Source of the DNA: an uncultured Solirubrobacterales bacterium
Lineage (GTDB): Bacteria; Actinomycetota; Thermoleophilia; Solirubrobacterales; Solirubrobacteraceae
DNA: 64,000 nucleotides
Direction of reading: 5' to 3'
Assembly (NCBI GenBank): GCA_963727105.1
Contig: CAVSEW010000001.1
Coordinates: forward strand, 1,643,464-1,707,463
Shown: positions 38,154 through 47,249 of the stretch, one piece after another
Layout of the letters: the number at the start of each line of letters is the position of its first letter
How positions within the stretch are numbered: position 1 is the stretch's first letter
Translations under genes and position numbers: made by a program
The notes under the pieces: generated by a model
The model's input: the letters and a program-made list of their open reading frames with translations, nothing else
Databases searched by the model: none
What the model was told of the DNA's origin: nothing

Positions 38154-38450
38154 GAGGCGCCAGTAACGTCGAAACTCGGCTCTGGGGCGGCGGGAATGGC
38201 GGGTTGGGTCTGCTGAGCGGGCTTAATCGTGCATGCTCGCGCGCGTGGCGCCGAGCTTTCGAGACTATGGGCCGCTCGCCGCTCGCCGTCGTGCGCCCAG
38301 CGCGCTCCAGCACAATTCGGCGAGGACCTCGGCGCCGAGTCACGCGCCCATCGCCAACCCGAGCCAATCGACCCCGTTTCACGGTCGCTGGCGAGCGCCG
38401 CCCCCACGAATTTCCCGGTCCGTAATGCCTGGGCGACTACCCTTGTACTC

Positions 38451-39116
38451 ATGTTTGGATCAGGCCGTAAGACCACGTTGATTGATTCCACGGATGCTCT
38501 GCCGGGCCGCTCCGAGCCGATCGCGGTTCCCGAGCGCCATGCCGTGCTCGGCCCGCCGCTGCGCCCGCCCTTCCCCGATGGCCTCGAGCAGGCCGTGTTC
38601 GGCCTGGGCTGCTTCTGGGGCGCCGAGCGGGTGTTCTGGCAGGCGCCCGGCGTCTACACGACGGCGGTTGGCTACGCCGGCGGATTCACCCCCAATCCGA
38701 CCTACGAGGAGGTGTGCAGCGCGCGCACCGGCCATACCGAGGCCGTGCTGGTCGTCTTTGACCCGACCAAGACCTCGTATGAGGAGATGCTGCGGCTGTT
38801 CTGGGAGAACCACGACCCGACCCAGGGCATGCGCCAGGGCAACGACGTCGGCACCCAGTACCGCTCGGCCATCTACACCTTCTCGGACGCCCAGGCGAAG
38901 GCGGCCGAGGCGTCACGCAAAGCCTATGCCGAGCGCCTGAGCGCGGCCGGCTATCCCGAGATCACGACCGAGATCGCCCCCGCCGGTCCGTTCTACTACG
39001 CCGAGGACTACCACCAGCAGTACCTGCACAAGAACCCGTGGGGCTACTGCGGCCTTGGCGGGACCGGCGTGAGCTGCCCGGTCGGCGTCGGGGTCCAGGC
39101 CTCGGCTGAGGCTTAG
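38451..39116 (+). CDS. msrA: Peptide methionine sulfoxide reductase A
   Basis: [31 protein letters not shown]. Confidence 0.97.
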   Translation: MFGSGRKTTLIDSTDALPGRSEPIAVPERHAVLGPPLRPPFPDGLEQAVFGLGCFWGAERVFWQAPGVYTTAVGYAGGFTPNPTYEEVCSARTGHTEAVLVVFDPTKTSYEEMLRLFWENHDPTQGMRQGNDVGTQYRSAIYTFSDAQAKAAEASRKAYAERLSAAGYPEITTEIAPAGPFYYAEDYHQQYLHKNPWGYCGLGGTGVSCPVGVGVQASAEA

Positions 39117-39217
39117 CGGAGCCGACAGCCCCGCTGAACTCGGGGCGGGCGGCCCGCGCGACGGGCGCCCGGACCGGACCCGGCCCCAGCGCGCAAACCG
39201 GCCCCTCCAACCGCCCC

Positions 39218-40648
39218 TCAAACGTCCGGGATCGCCTCGATCCGGCCCTCCACGATCGCGGCCCGGAGCCGGTGATGGTCGGCCTCGTTCGTGTCCGCGT
39301 ATGCGCTGGCGAAGGACGTGATCGCTCGGTCGAAGCTTTCGGTCTCGCCGAGGTAGGCGGCCATCGCGACCCGGTCTCCGGAGCGGGCGTGGCCGCGCGC
39401 GAGGGTCCAGCCGCAGCTCTCTCCGTAGACGCGCAGGCCCTTCGCGGTGAGGTGGGCGACGTCGATCGATGCCTTCCCGTCCCACAGCTGGCGGACGTAG
39501 AAGCTCTGGTGCCGACCGTCCCAGCCCTTCAGGTGATACCAGCCGAGCATCGGGTCGCTGGCCGCCTGCATCAGATGCTGGCCCTCGACCACGCGGCGCC
39601 CCTGCGACTCGTAGATCGTCTCGCCGGCGTAGGGGGCGAGTACGGACGACTGTGCCTCCTTGAGCTGCAGGATCAGCGGGTCGTCGTCGTCGCGCCCGGT
39701 CAGGAGCACGACCCAGGCGCGGGTGCCGACGCTGCCGACCCCGACCACCTTGCGCGCCATGTGAACGTAGCGATAGGACTCGATCAGAGTGCGGCGCACC
39801 GGTGAGAGGCTGTCGCGGTACTGGCGCAGGAACGATTGCACGATCTCGATGTAGCGCTCTCGTTGCTCGGTGTCGAGCAGCTCCTCGATCGGGGCGACGA
39901 GCGGCGGACGGCTGGCGAAGCGGATAGTTTCGTGGTGTTGCTCGACCAGGCGGTCGAAGGCATGGAGGTGATCGCGGCGAAGGGCCTGGCGCATCCGTTT
40001 CCCGGCCTCGCGGCCCGACTTGCGATCGGCGAATCCCTCCAGGCGAACGCAGAGGGTCTCCGCGGGCAGGTTCGCGTACCAAACAGCGAGGTTGCTTTGC
40101 TCGGCGAATTCGAGCAGCGCCTCGCGATAGGCCCGCACGGTTGCCCTGACTGCCTTCTCGCGCGCGGTGGCGCTGAACCCGAGATCACGCCCGGCGATCT
40201 CCAGGCTCGCGGCCAATCGCTTTACGTCCCACTCGATCGGGCCCGGGAGCGTCTCGTCGAAATCGTTGAGGCCGAAGATCAGCGAGCGCTCAGGCGTCTC
40301 GAACATCCCGAAGTTCAGCAGGTGCGCGTCGCCGCACAGCTGCGCGCGCAGCCCGCACAGCGGCGTGCCGCAAAGATCGGCCGCCATGACCGCCGCCGCG
40401 CCGCGGTAGAACGAGAACGCCGACACCTCCATCCGGCCATACCGGATCGGCACCAGCTTCGGGACCCGCTCGGAGGCCTGGCGCTCGAGGATCTCCACCG
40501 GGTCGGCCCTACTCTTCGGCGGCGACCACACGGCATGGCGCTCGAGCGGCGCCCTCTTGCGCACGGCTCGTCCCTCCGCCACGCGCTCCGCGAGGGAGCG
40601 CCGTGGCAGGTACTCAGGGTTCGGCAGCGGCGCTGCGTCGACGAGCAT
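39218..40648 (-). CDS. DUF2252 family protein (kinase-like)
   Basis: FYRGAAAVMA, CGDAHLLNFG, NDFDE, KVVGVGSVG, YVRQLWDGK. Confidence 0.88.
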   Translation of the reverse strand: MLVDAAPLPNPEYLPRRSLAERVAEGRAVRKRAPLERHAVWSPPKSRADPVEILERQASERVPKLVPIRYGRMEVSAFSFYRGAAAVMAADLCGTPLCGLRAQLCGDAHLLNFGMFETPERSLIFGLNDFDETLPGPIEWDVKRLAASLEIAGRDLGFSATAREKAVRATVRAYREALLEFAEQSNLAVWYANLPAETLCVRLEGFADRKSGREAGKRMRQALRRDHLHAFDRLVEQHHETIRFASRPPLVAPIEELLDTEQRERYIEIVQSFLRQYRDSLSPVRRTLIESYRYVHMARKVVGVGSVGTRAWVVLLTGRDDDDPLILQLKEAQSSVLAPYAGETIYESQGRRVVEGQHLMQAASDPMLGWYHLKGWDGRHQSFYVRQLWDGKASIDVAHLTAKGLRVYGESCGWTLARGHARSGDRVAMAAYLGETESFDRAITSFASAYADTNEADHHRLRAAIVEGRIEAIPDV

Positions 40649-40756
40649 TCGGTCTTCCTCCGATCCGGGTGCGCCGGCATAAGCCTATGGCCGGCAACGC
40701 ATGAGTCAAGCCGGGCGCTCGGGCTCGCCCTCCCCGCGCGGGCCGAGCGTCCCGAA

Positions 40757-41029
40757 CTACCCGCCCGCGACCGCCGGCAGGATCGTCACCTCATCGCCAT
40801 CGCTGACGGGCGTATCGAGGCCGTCCAGGAAGCGGATGTCCTCGCCGCCCACGTAGACGTTGACGAAGCGCCGCAGGCCGCCGTCCTCGGCGATCCGAGC
40901 GCGGAGCTCGCCGTAGCGTTCGTACAGGGAGTCGAGAACTTCGCCGACCGTGGACCCGTCCACCTCCGCGGTTGAGTCGCCGTCGGTCGCGGCTCGGAGC
41001 TGAGTCGGGATCTTGACGTTCACCGCCAT
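40757..41029 (-). CDS. MoaD/ThiS/CysO-like ubiquitin-fold sulfur carrier
   Basis: RRFVNVYV, C-terminal PAVAGG. Confidence 0.92.
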   Translation of the reverse strand: MAVNVKIPTQLRAATDGDSTAEVDGSTVGEVLDSLYERYGELRARIAEDGGLRRFVNVYVGGEDIRFLDGLDTPVSDGDEVTILPAVAGG

Positions 41030-41045
41030 GTTGCCGGGAGTCATA

Positions 41046-42281
41046 TCAAGCGGGGACGCGGACACGATCGCCGGCCGCCTCGAAGCTCTCGACGGTGGGG
41101 TCGATCTCCCACGTCTCGAACGTGCCCCGAACACAATCGAGCGTCTTCAGACCTTCGCCGGTGATGTAGGCGACCACGCGCTCGTCGGGGTCGATGTCCC
41201 CCCGCTGCGCCAGCTTGGCCAGCACTGCGGTCGTAACGCCGCCCGCAGTCTCGGTGAAGATCCCCGTCGTCCGCGCCAGCAGCTTGATCCCCTCGCGGAT
41301 CTCCGCGTCGGTGACCGAGTCGATCGAGCCCGCGGAGCGCCGGGCGAGGTCGAGCGCGTATGGCCCGTCGGCCGGATTGCCGATCGCGAGTGACTTGGCG
41401 ATCGTGTCCGGCTTGACCGGGCGGCAGAAGTCCTGCCCGGCCTCGAACGCGCTCGCCACCGGCGAGCAGCCGGCGGCCTGGGCGCCGTTGAACGTGGGCA
41501 GCTCGCCCTCGACCAGCCCGAGTTCGAGCCATTCCTCGAATCCGCGTGCGATCTTCGTGAACAGGGAGCCGGACGCGATCGGCGCGACGACCCGGTCGGG
41601 GAGCTCGAACCCGAGCTGCTCGATCGTCTCGAAGGCCAGCGTCTTTGACCCCTCGGCGTAGTAGGGCCTCATGTTGATGTTCACGAACGCCCACTCATGC
41701 TCGCCTGAGAGCTCGGTGCAGAGCCGGTTGACGTCGTCGTAGTTGCCGCGCACGGCGACCAGGTTCGTCCCGTAAACACCGGTCGCGAGCACCTTCTGCT
41801 CCTCGAGGTCGGCCGGGATGAACACGTAGGACTCCAGCCCGGCGGCGGCGGCATGCGCGGCGACCGCGTTGGCCAGGTTGCCCGTCGAGGCGCACGCGAT
41901 CGTCTGGAAGCCGAGCTCCCGAGCGCGCGCGAGCGCGATCGAAACGACCCGATCCTTGAACGAGTGGGTCGGGTTGGCGGCGTCGTTCTTGACCCACACC
42001 TCGCGCAGGCCGATCGCCTCGGCCAGCCGGTCGGCCCGCAGCAGCGGCGTCCAGCCTGCCGGAAGTGTGCCCTTGGGCGGCGTGGAAACGGGTAGGAAGT
42101 CGCCGTAACGCCACAGCGAGTGCGGCCCGGCCTGGATCCTGCGGCGCAGTTCAGCCGGATCGGCCCGCTCGCGAGCCGCGTACGCGACCTCTAACGGGCC
42201 GAAGCACCGCTCGCACACGTATCGCGCGTCAAGCGGATACGTCGTCTGACATTCCTTGCAGCGAAGAGACTCTGGCGGCAT
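41046..42281 (-). CDS. thrC: Threonine synthase-like PLP enzyme
   Basis: N-terminal CxxC..CxxC, NPTHSFKDR, STGN, EGSKT, ETAGG, TGEGLK. Confidence 0.85.
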   Translation of the reverse strand: MPPESLRCKECQTTYPLDARYVCERCFGPLEVAYAARERADPAELRRRIQAGPHSLWRYGDFLPVSTPPKGTLPAGWTPLLRADRLAEAIGLREVWVKNDAANPTHSFKDRVVSIALARARELGFQTIACASTGNLANAVAAHAAAAGLESYVFIPADLEEQKVLATGVYGTNLVAVRGNYDDVNRLCTELSGEHEWAFVNINMRPYYAEGSKTLAFETIEQLGFELPDRVVAPIASGSLFTKIARGFEEWLELGLVEGELPTFNGAQAAGCSPVASAFEAGQDFCRPVKPDTIAKSLAIGNPADGPYALDLARRSAGSIDSVTDAEIREGIKLLARTTGIFTETAGGVTTAVLAKLAQRGDIDPDERVVAYITGEGLKTLDCVRGTFETWEIDPTVESFEAAGDRVRVPA

Positions 42282-42287
42282 ATGTTG

Positions 42288-42319
42288 AAAAACCTCCGCC
42301 GGGGTCTGTGGTCGGAGGT
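42288..42319 (-). terminator. Riboswitch expression platform: hairpin with U-tract that also contains the thrC RBS
   Basis: ACCTCCG-N14-CGGAGGT-TTTT ending 6 nt before ATG; GGAGG lies in the 3' arm. Confidence 0.7.
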
Positions 42320-42335
42320 CCTGTGAAACCGCCTA

Positions 42336-42444
42336 TCCACATCTCCCAGGCTAGTCGTTGGAGCCTGATGGAATTGGCACCTTTCCCTTGCGGGAGGTTG
42401 CCGGGGTTTCATAGGGCCAGTCCCTCCACCCCTCTTGATGCGTA
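42336..42444 (-). ncRNA. SAM-I (S-box) riboswitch
   Basis: ATCAAGAGGGGTGGAGGGACTGGCCCTATGAAACCCCGGCAACC..GGTGCCAATTCC..GAGATG; TATACT -10 at 42466-42461. Confidence 0.93.
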
Positions 42445-42625
42445 CAGCTATATGTCCGGCAGTATACCCAAAGGCGGAGCGTTTAGGGCGGGGTTCGGAA
42501 CGAGCGATCCGTCCCGCGAAACGGCAGGCTGTCCGCACCAACGCTGACCCGGTCCGAACCGCGGGGCAGGCTCGGAGATAAAGCAAACGTAACGACCGCA
42601 CCCCGATGGTGTTCGGGTCTGCGGC

Positions 42626-43612
42626 ATGGCCGCCACATCGACCGATCCGCTTGCGCGCCTCGAGGAGGCGCTCAGCCTGTCCGGGAACGCTCCGAGCAAG
42701 CGCATGCTGATCATCGTCAACCCCTACGCGACGACCGTCTCGGACCGGCTCAAGAATCTTGTCGTCTACGCGCTCCGCGGCAGCTACCACGTCGACGCGA
42801 TCGACACCGAAGCCCGCGACCACGCGACCGAGCTGTGCCGCGACGCCGCCCGCGAGGGCTACGACGTCGTCGTCGCGTTCGGCGGGGATGGGACGGTCAA
42901 CGAGGCGGCGAATGGCCTCGCCGGGTCGGACACGCCGCTGAGCTGCCTGCCCGGCGGACGCACGAACGTGTACTGCCGGATGCTCGGGATCCCCACCGAC
43001 GTCGTCGACGCGACCGAGCATCTGCTGCAGATGGCCGACGACTGGCGGCCGCGCCACGTCGACCTCGGCATGGTCAACGACCGCGCGTTTCTGTTCTCAG
43101 CCGGCGTCGGCCTCGACGCCAGCGTCGTCGAGCGGGTCGACGCCCACCCCCGCCTGAAGGCGCGGCTCGGCGAGTGGTACTACACCTGGACCGGGGTCGG
43201 GACGTTCAACCGCCACTATCTGATCCGGCCACCGCGGCTCGAGGCCATGATCGGCGACGACGTCGTTCCCGGCGTGACGGCGATCGTCCAGAACGCCGCG
43301 CCCTACACCTACTTCGGTAACCGCCCGGTCGAACTGGCCGAGGGCGCCTCGCTCGCCAGTGGCGATCTCGCGGGAGTGGTGCTCAAGCGTGCGAGCCCGG
43401 TCGACATTCCGACGATCACGTGGCGCGCCCTGTCGAAGCGGGCTCGTCTCACACGACATCGCAGGGTGCACTCCTTCTCTGGCGTCGACGGGCTGGCAAT
43501 TCGCTCGCAGGACGAGCGGCCGCTGCCGCTGCAGGTCGACGGTGACTACATCGGCAAGGCCGATCAGGCCGTGTTCGCCGTCCATCGTGGCGGCATCCTC
43601 ATCGTCTCCTGA
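42626..43612 (+). CDS. Diacylglycerol kinase family (YegS/DgkB-like) lipid kinase
   Basis: IVNP, GGDGTVNE, PGGRTN, GVGLDA, QVDGD. Confidence 0.9.
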   Translation: MAATSTDPLARLEEALSLSGNAPSKRMLIIVNPYATTVSDRLKNLVVYALRGSYHVDAIDTEARDHATELCRDAAREGYDVVVAFGGDGTVNEAANGLAGSDTPLSCLPGGRTNVYCRMLGIPTDVVDATEHLLQMADDWRPRHVDLGMVNDRAFLFSAGVGLDASVVERVDAHPRLKARLGEWYYTWTGVGTFNRHYLIRPPRLEAMIGDDVVPGVTAIVQNAAPYTYFGNRPVELAEGASLASGDLAGVVLKRASPVDIPTITWRALSKRARLTRHRRVHSFSGVDGLAIRSQDERPLPLQVDGDYIGKADQAVFAVHRGGILIVS

Positions 43613-43675
43613 CCCCCCCACAATTCGGCCACGCAGAGACGTCGGCGCACACTGCACCCCTTATGATCGCGCGCC

Positions 43676-44617
43676 ATGCGCCGAGTCCTGTTCGTCCTCG
43701 CCTGTCTCGCGGTCTCCTTGGTCCCGGGCCTAGTCAGCGCCCACTCGCTGACCGGCGCTCAAAACTGCCCAATCTTCCCGGCCAACAACCCGTGGAACCA
43801 GCGGGTTGACCGACTGCCGGTGGCAAACGATTCCGCTCGCCTGATCGCGAGCATCGGCTTCAGCGATCCGGTGCACCCCGATTTCGGCTCTGGGCTCTAT
43901 AACGGAGGCCCGATCGGCATTCCGTACGTGATCGTCTCCAGGCACACGCGCCGGGTTCCGGTCACCTTCGGGTACTCGACCGAGTCCGACCACGGGCCCT
44001 ATCCGATCCCGCCCGGGGTGCCGATCGAGGGTGGCCGCCAGTCCACCGGCGACCGCCACGTCCTGCTCGTGGACAAGGACTCGTGCAAGGACTACGAGCT
44101 CTACAACGCCTATCCGCACGACGGCGGAAAGCGCTGGTCGGCGGGCTCGGGCGCGATCTTCAACCTTCGCTCCAACCATCTGCGCCCGGCCGGATGGACC
44201 TCCGCGGACGCCGCCGGCCTCGGGATCCTCCCCGGGCTCGTGCGCTGGGACGAGGTCAAGCGCGGCGTGATCGACCACGCGCTCCGCTTCACGGCGCCGT
44301 GCACGTCGGCCGCCTACGTGTACCCGGCGCGGCACATGGCGCATGAGTCTTCGTGCACCGGGCTCTATCCGCCGATGGGTCTTCGGGTGCGGCTGAAGGC
44401 GAACATCGACATCTCACACCTGCCCTACCAGGCCCGGATCGTGGCTGTCGCGCTCAAGCGCTACGGCATGATGCTGGCCGACAACGGCACGGCCTGGTAC
44501 GTCTCGGGCGCGCCGGACAGGCACTGGAACAACAGCGCGCTGCACCTGCTCGACGAGCTCACGGGGCGCGATTTCGAGGTCGTCAACACGAGCTCGCTCC
44601 CACATCCGGGACTCTGA
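43676..44617 (+). CDS. Secreted conserved hypothetical protein
   Basis: N-terminal signal peptide; FPANNPWN, GDRH, SADAAG, IDHALRF, YGMMLADNG. Confidence 0.8.
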   Translation: MRRVLFVLACLAVSLVPGLVSAHSLTGAQNCPIFPANNPWNQRVDRLPVANDSARLIASIGFSDPVHPDFGSGLYNGGPIGIPYVIVSRHTRRVPVTFGYSTESDHGPYPIPPGVPIEGGRQSTGDRHVLLVDKDSCKDYELYNAYPHDGGKRWSAGSGAIFNLRSNHLRPAGWTSADAAGLGILPGLVRWDEVKRGVIDHALRFTAPCTSAAYVYPARHMAHESSCTGLYPPMGLRVRLKANIDISHLPYQARIVAVALKRYGMMLADNGTAWYVSGAPDRHWNNSALHLLDELTGRDFEVVNTSSLPHPGL

Positions 44618-44660
44618 GCCCCGGGGGGTGAATTCCGGGCCGCCCGGCGCTCTTTAACGC

Positions 44661-45422
44661 GTGAACGCCGCGACCAAGAGGCCAACCTCTCGCCTCACCG
44701 ACCGCGACCTGGACCTACTCGCGTTCGCGTCCGAGCACCGGATCATCACCGCTGAGCACGCGCGGCGCTTCCTCGGCTCATCGGCCTCGGTCGCGTACAC
44801 CCGACTCCGGGCTCTGACCTCGGCTGGCATGCTCGAACGCGATTTCGGTCTGCATGGCCAGCCGGGCCTCTATCTGGCCACGGCAAAGGGCCTGCGCGCG
44901 GCCGGTCGCAGCTACCGCCCGCTGCGGGCAGACGTGGGCAGCTTTCAACACGATCTCGGCGTCGCGTGGCTGTGGCTGGCGGCACGGGTGGGGACGTTCG
45001 GAGGAGTGCGAGACGTGATCTCCGAGCGGTCGTTGCGCTCGCACGACCTCTCACCGCACCGCGCGGGCGAGCCGTTCGGCGTGCGCCTGGGCGGGATCGG
45101 TCCCGGAGGGCGCGAGCGCCTGCACTACCCCGACCTGATGCTGATCACGCCGGGGGGCCGGCGGATCGCGTTTGAGCTCGAGCTGACCGCCAAGGGAATC
45201 GATCGCCGGGACAGGATCCTCATGGGTTACGCCGTCGACCGCCGGCTCGACGCCGTCGTCTACCTGGTGCAGAACCGGGCGGTCGGCCGCCGGATCCAGG
45301 CGTCGGCTCGCCGGCTTGGCATCTCGAACCTCGTCCACGTGCAGCTCGTGACAGGGCTCGAGCGCCGGCGCGGCCAGGGGCGCGGGCTCACCCGAAGCGC
45401 GCACCGGGCGCCCGCGCGGTGA
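44661..45422 (+). CDS. Replication-relaxation (Replic_Relax-like) protein: wHTH + PD-(D/E)xK nuclease
   Basis: LTDRDLDLL..RLRAL..G wHTH; HDL; PDL..IAFELELTAK. Confidence 0.75.
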   Translation: MNAATKRPTSRLTDRDLDLLAFASEHRIITAEHARRFLGSSASVAYTRLRALTSAGMLERDFGLHGQPGLYLATAKGLRAAGRSYRPLRADVGSFQHDLGVAWLWLAARVGTFGGVRDVISERSLRSHDLSPHRAGEPFGVRLGGIGPGGRERLHYPDLMLITPGGRRIAFELELTAKGIDRRDRILMGYAVDRRLDAVVYLVQNRAVGRRIQASARRLGISNLVHVQLVTGLERRRGQGRGLTRSAHRAPAR

Positions 45423-46870
45423 GCGATGCACCGGCAAGACGGCGTCCGCCCTACTGGCTCGTGCCAGTGGTCGTGGTGCTGCTCCTGTCCCCGCCCGCCT
45501 GGGCCACCGCGGCGACGATCGCAGCCGCCATCGCCGGGCTGGGCTTCCGGGCTCTCCGGGAGCGGGCCGGGCGTCACGCGGAGGCGACGCGCGCTAGAGG
45601 GGCCGGTCCGGCGACGAGCCTCGGCGTCGACCGCCGTGGCCGCGAGGTGACGCTCAGCGACCGCGAGCTGGCGGCTCATGGCCTGATCGTCGGCGCCAGC
45701 GGCGCCGGAAAGTCGACCACGCTGCTGCGGATCCTCACCGATCACGTCCGCCGGGGACACCCGGTGGTGGCGCTCGACCTCAAGGGCTCCCCGGCGTTCG
45801 CCGGCGAGCTCGCAGCTGCGGCGGCGGCCGCGGGGCGCCCATTCCATCTCTGGACGCTGGACGGGCCGAGCGTCTGGAACCCGCTCGAGCACGGTAACGC
45901 CACCGAGCTCAAGGACAAGCTGATCGCCACCGAGCGCTTCACCGAACCGCACTATCAGCGAGCGGCCGAGCGCTACGTGCAGATCGCACTGCAGACGTTG
46001 CGGGCCGCGCGGCCGGGCCGCGCAGTCGCGCTGGATGACGTGGTCGCGGCGATGGAACCACACCGGCTCCTGGGCCTGGCCCGGGAGCTGCCGGACGACC
46101 GAGCTACCCGCCTGCACGACTACGTCTCTTCGCTCACGCCCGACCAGCTCAGCGCCGTCCGCGGCCTCGGGACGCGACTGGCGATCATCACCGAGTCGAG
46201 CGCGGGCGGGTTCCTGTCGCCGCGAGAAGGGAGCAAGGGCCGTCCGTCGATCGACCTCCACGCCGCGCTCGAGCGCGACGGCGTCGTTATGTTCAGCCTG
46301 AACTCAAGCACGTACGGCAAGCTCGCCGCGCAGATCGGGACCCTGGTGGTGCAGGATCTGACCAGCGCGGCCGGGCGCCGCCTCGCCCGGGCCGGGCCAA
46401 CGCCACAGGCGATCATCGGCGTAGACGAATTCTCAGCCCTGGGGGCCGAGAACGTGCTGCACCTGCTGGCCCGCGGTCGCGAGGCCGGACTGCCCCTGCT
46501 GCTCGCCACGCAGGAGATGGCCGACCTCGATCGCGCCGCGCCGGGCCTGCGCGACCAGGTGCTTGGGATCGTGGGGGTCAAGATCGCCCACCGCCAGGAC
46601 GTCCCGAGCTCGGCGCAGACGATCTCGCAGCTCGCCGGTACGGTGACCGCCTGGGAGGAGACCGAGCAGATCGGCGGGCGCTACCTCGGCGGCCACCGGA
46701 CCGGCCGCGGCACGCGGCGGCAGGTGGAGCGCTTCCGCGTGCATCCGAACGAGGTCAAAACCCTTCGCACGGGCGACGCGGTGCTGATCTCGAAGCTGCC
46801 CAGCACGCGCGTGCGGACGGTTCGCGTCGCCGCGCCTCAGCGCGAGCATGACGGGCCGGAGCTGTCCTAG
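45419..46870 (+). CDS. VirD4/TraD-like type IV coupling ATPase
   Basis: N-terminal TM, Walker A GASGAGKST, LDLKG, WNPL, Walker B IIGVDEF, ARGREAG..ATQ; GTGA overlap. Confidence 0.85.
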   Translation: MSDAPARRRPPYWLVPVVVVLLLSPPAWATAATIAAAIAGLGFRALRERAGRHAEATRARGAGPATSLGVDRRGREVTLSDRELAAHGLIVGASGAGKSTTLLRILTDHVRRGHPVVALDLKGSPAFAGELAAAAAAAGRPFHLWTLDGPSVWNPLEHGNATELKDKLIATERFTEPHYQRAAERYVQIALQTLRAARPGRAVALDDVVAAMEPHRLLGLARELPDDRATRLHDYVSSLTPDQLSAVRGLGTRLAIITESSAGGFLSPREGSKGRPSIDLHAALERDGVVMFSLNSSTYGKLAAQIGTLVVQDLTSAAGRRLARAGPTPQAIIGVDEFSALGAENVLHLLARGREAGLPLLLATQEMADLDRAAPGLRDQVLGIVGVKIAHRQDVPSSAQTISQLAGTVTAWEETEQIGGRYLGGHRTGRGTRRQVERFRVHPNEVKTLRTGDAVLISKLPSTRVRTVRVAAPQREHDGPELS

Positions 46871-47223
46871 CGCGCTGGCACGACGCACAGAAACCCGAGC
46901 GGCTCGTCCCCGAGCGCCTCGAAGCAGTGCAGCTCGTCGCCGGCCACGTAGACGACATCTCCGGTCGACAGCTCGTGGACGTCGTCGCCGAGGGTGACGC
47001 GGGCCCGGCCCGTGAGGATCATCACGCCGTGGTCGTGGGGATGGCGCTCGCGCGCTGTGCGCCCGCCAATCGGCACCTGGAAGTAACGAACGGCGTAGTT
47101 GCGGGCGCCGTCCTCGCCACCGATCAGCTCGTGCTTGAGGACACCGGCCAGCGCGGGATCCGGATACGGCTGCGCGGTGACCCCCTGCCAGCCCGCGTCG
47201 GTGCGCCGGCGAACCACACCCAT
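46867..47223 (-). CDS. Cupin domain protein
   Basis: ERHPHDHGV..G, GDVVYV..HCF, FLCVVP. Confidence 0.85.
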   Translation of the reverse strand: MGVVRRRTDAGWQGVTAQPYPDPALAGVLKHELIGGEDGARNYAVRYFQVPIGGRTARERHPHDHGVMILTGRARVTLGDDVHELSTGDVVYVAGDELHCFEALGDEPLGFLCVVPAR

Positions 47224-47249
47224 CAGCGGGCCGCGGGGCGGATCACCGG

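Noticed and set aside
39117-39217. Terminator between msrA and DUF2252
   Set aside because: GC-rich with possible hairpins, but no clear stem or U-tract to support a specific call.
44618-46870. Complete ICE or prophage
   Set aside because: No integrase, tRNA target, att repeats, structural genes or obvious compositional shift.
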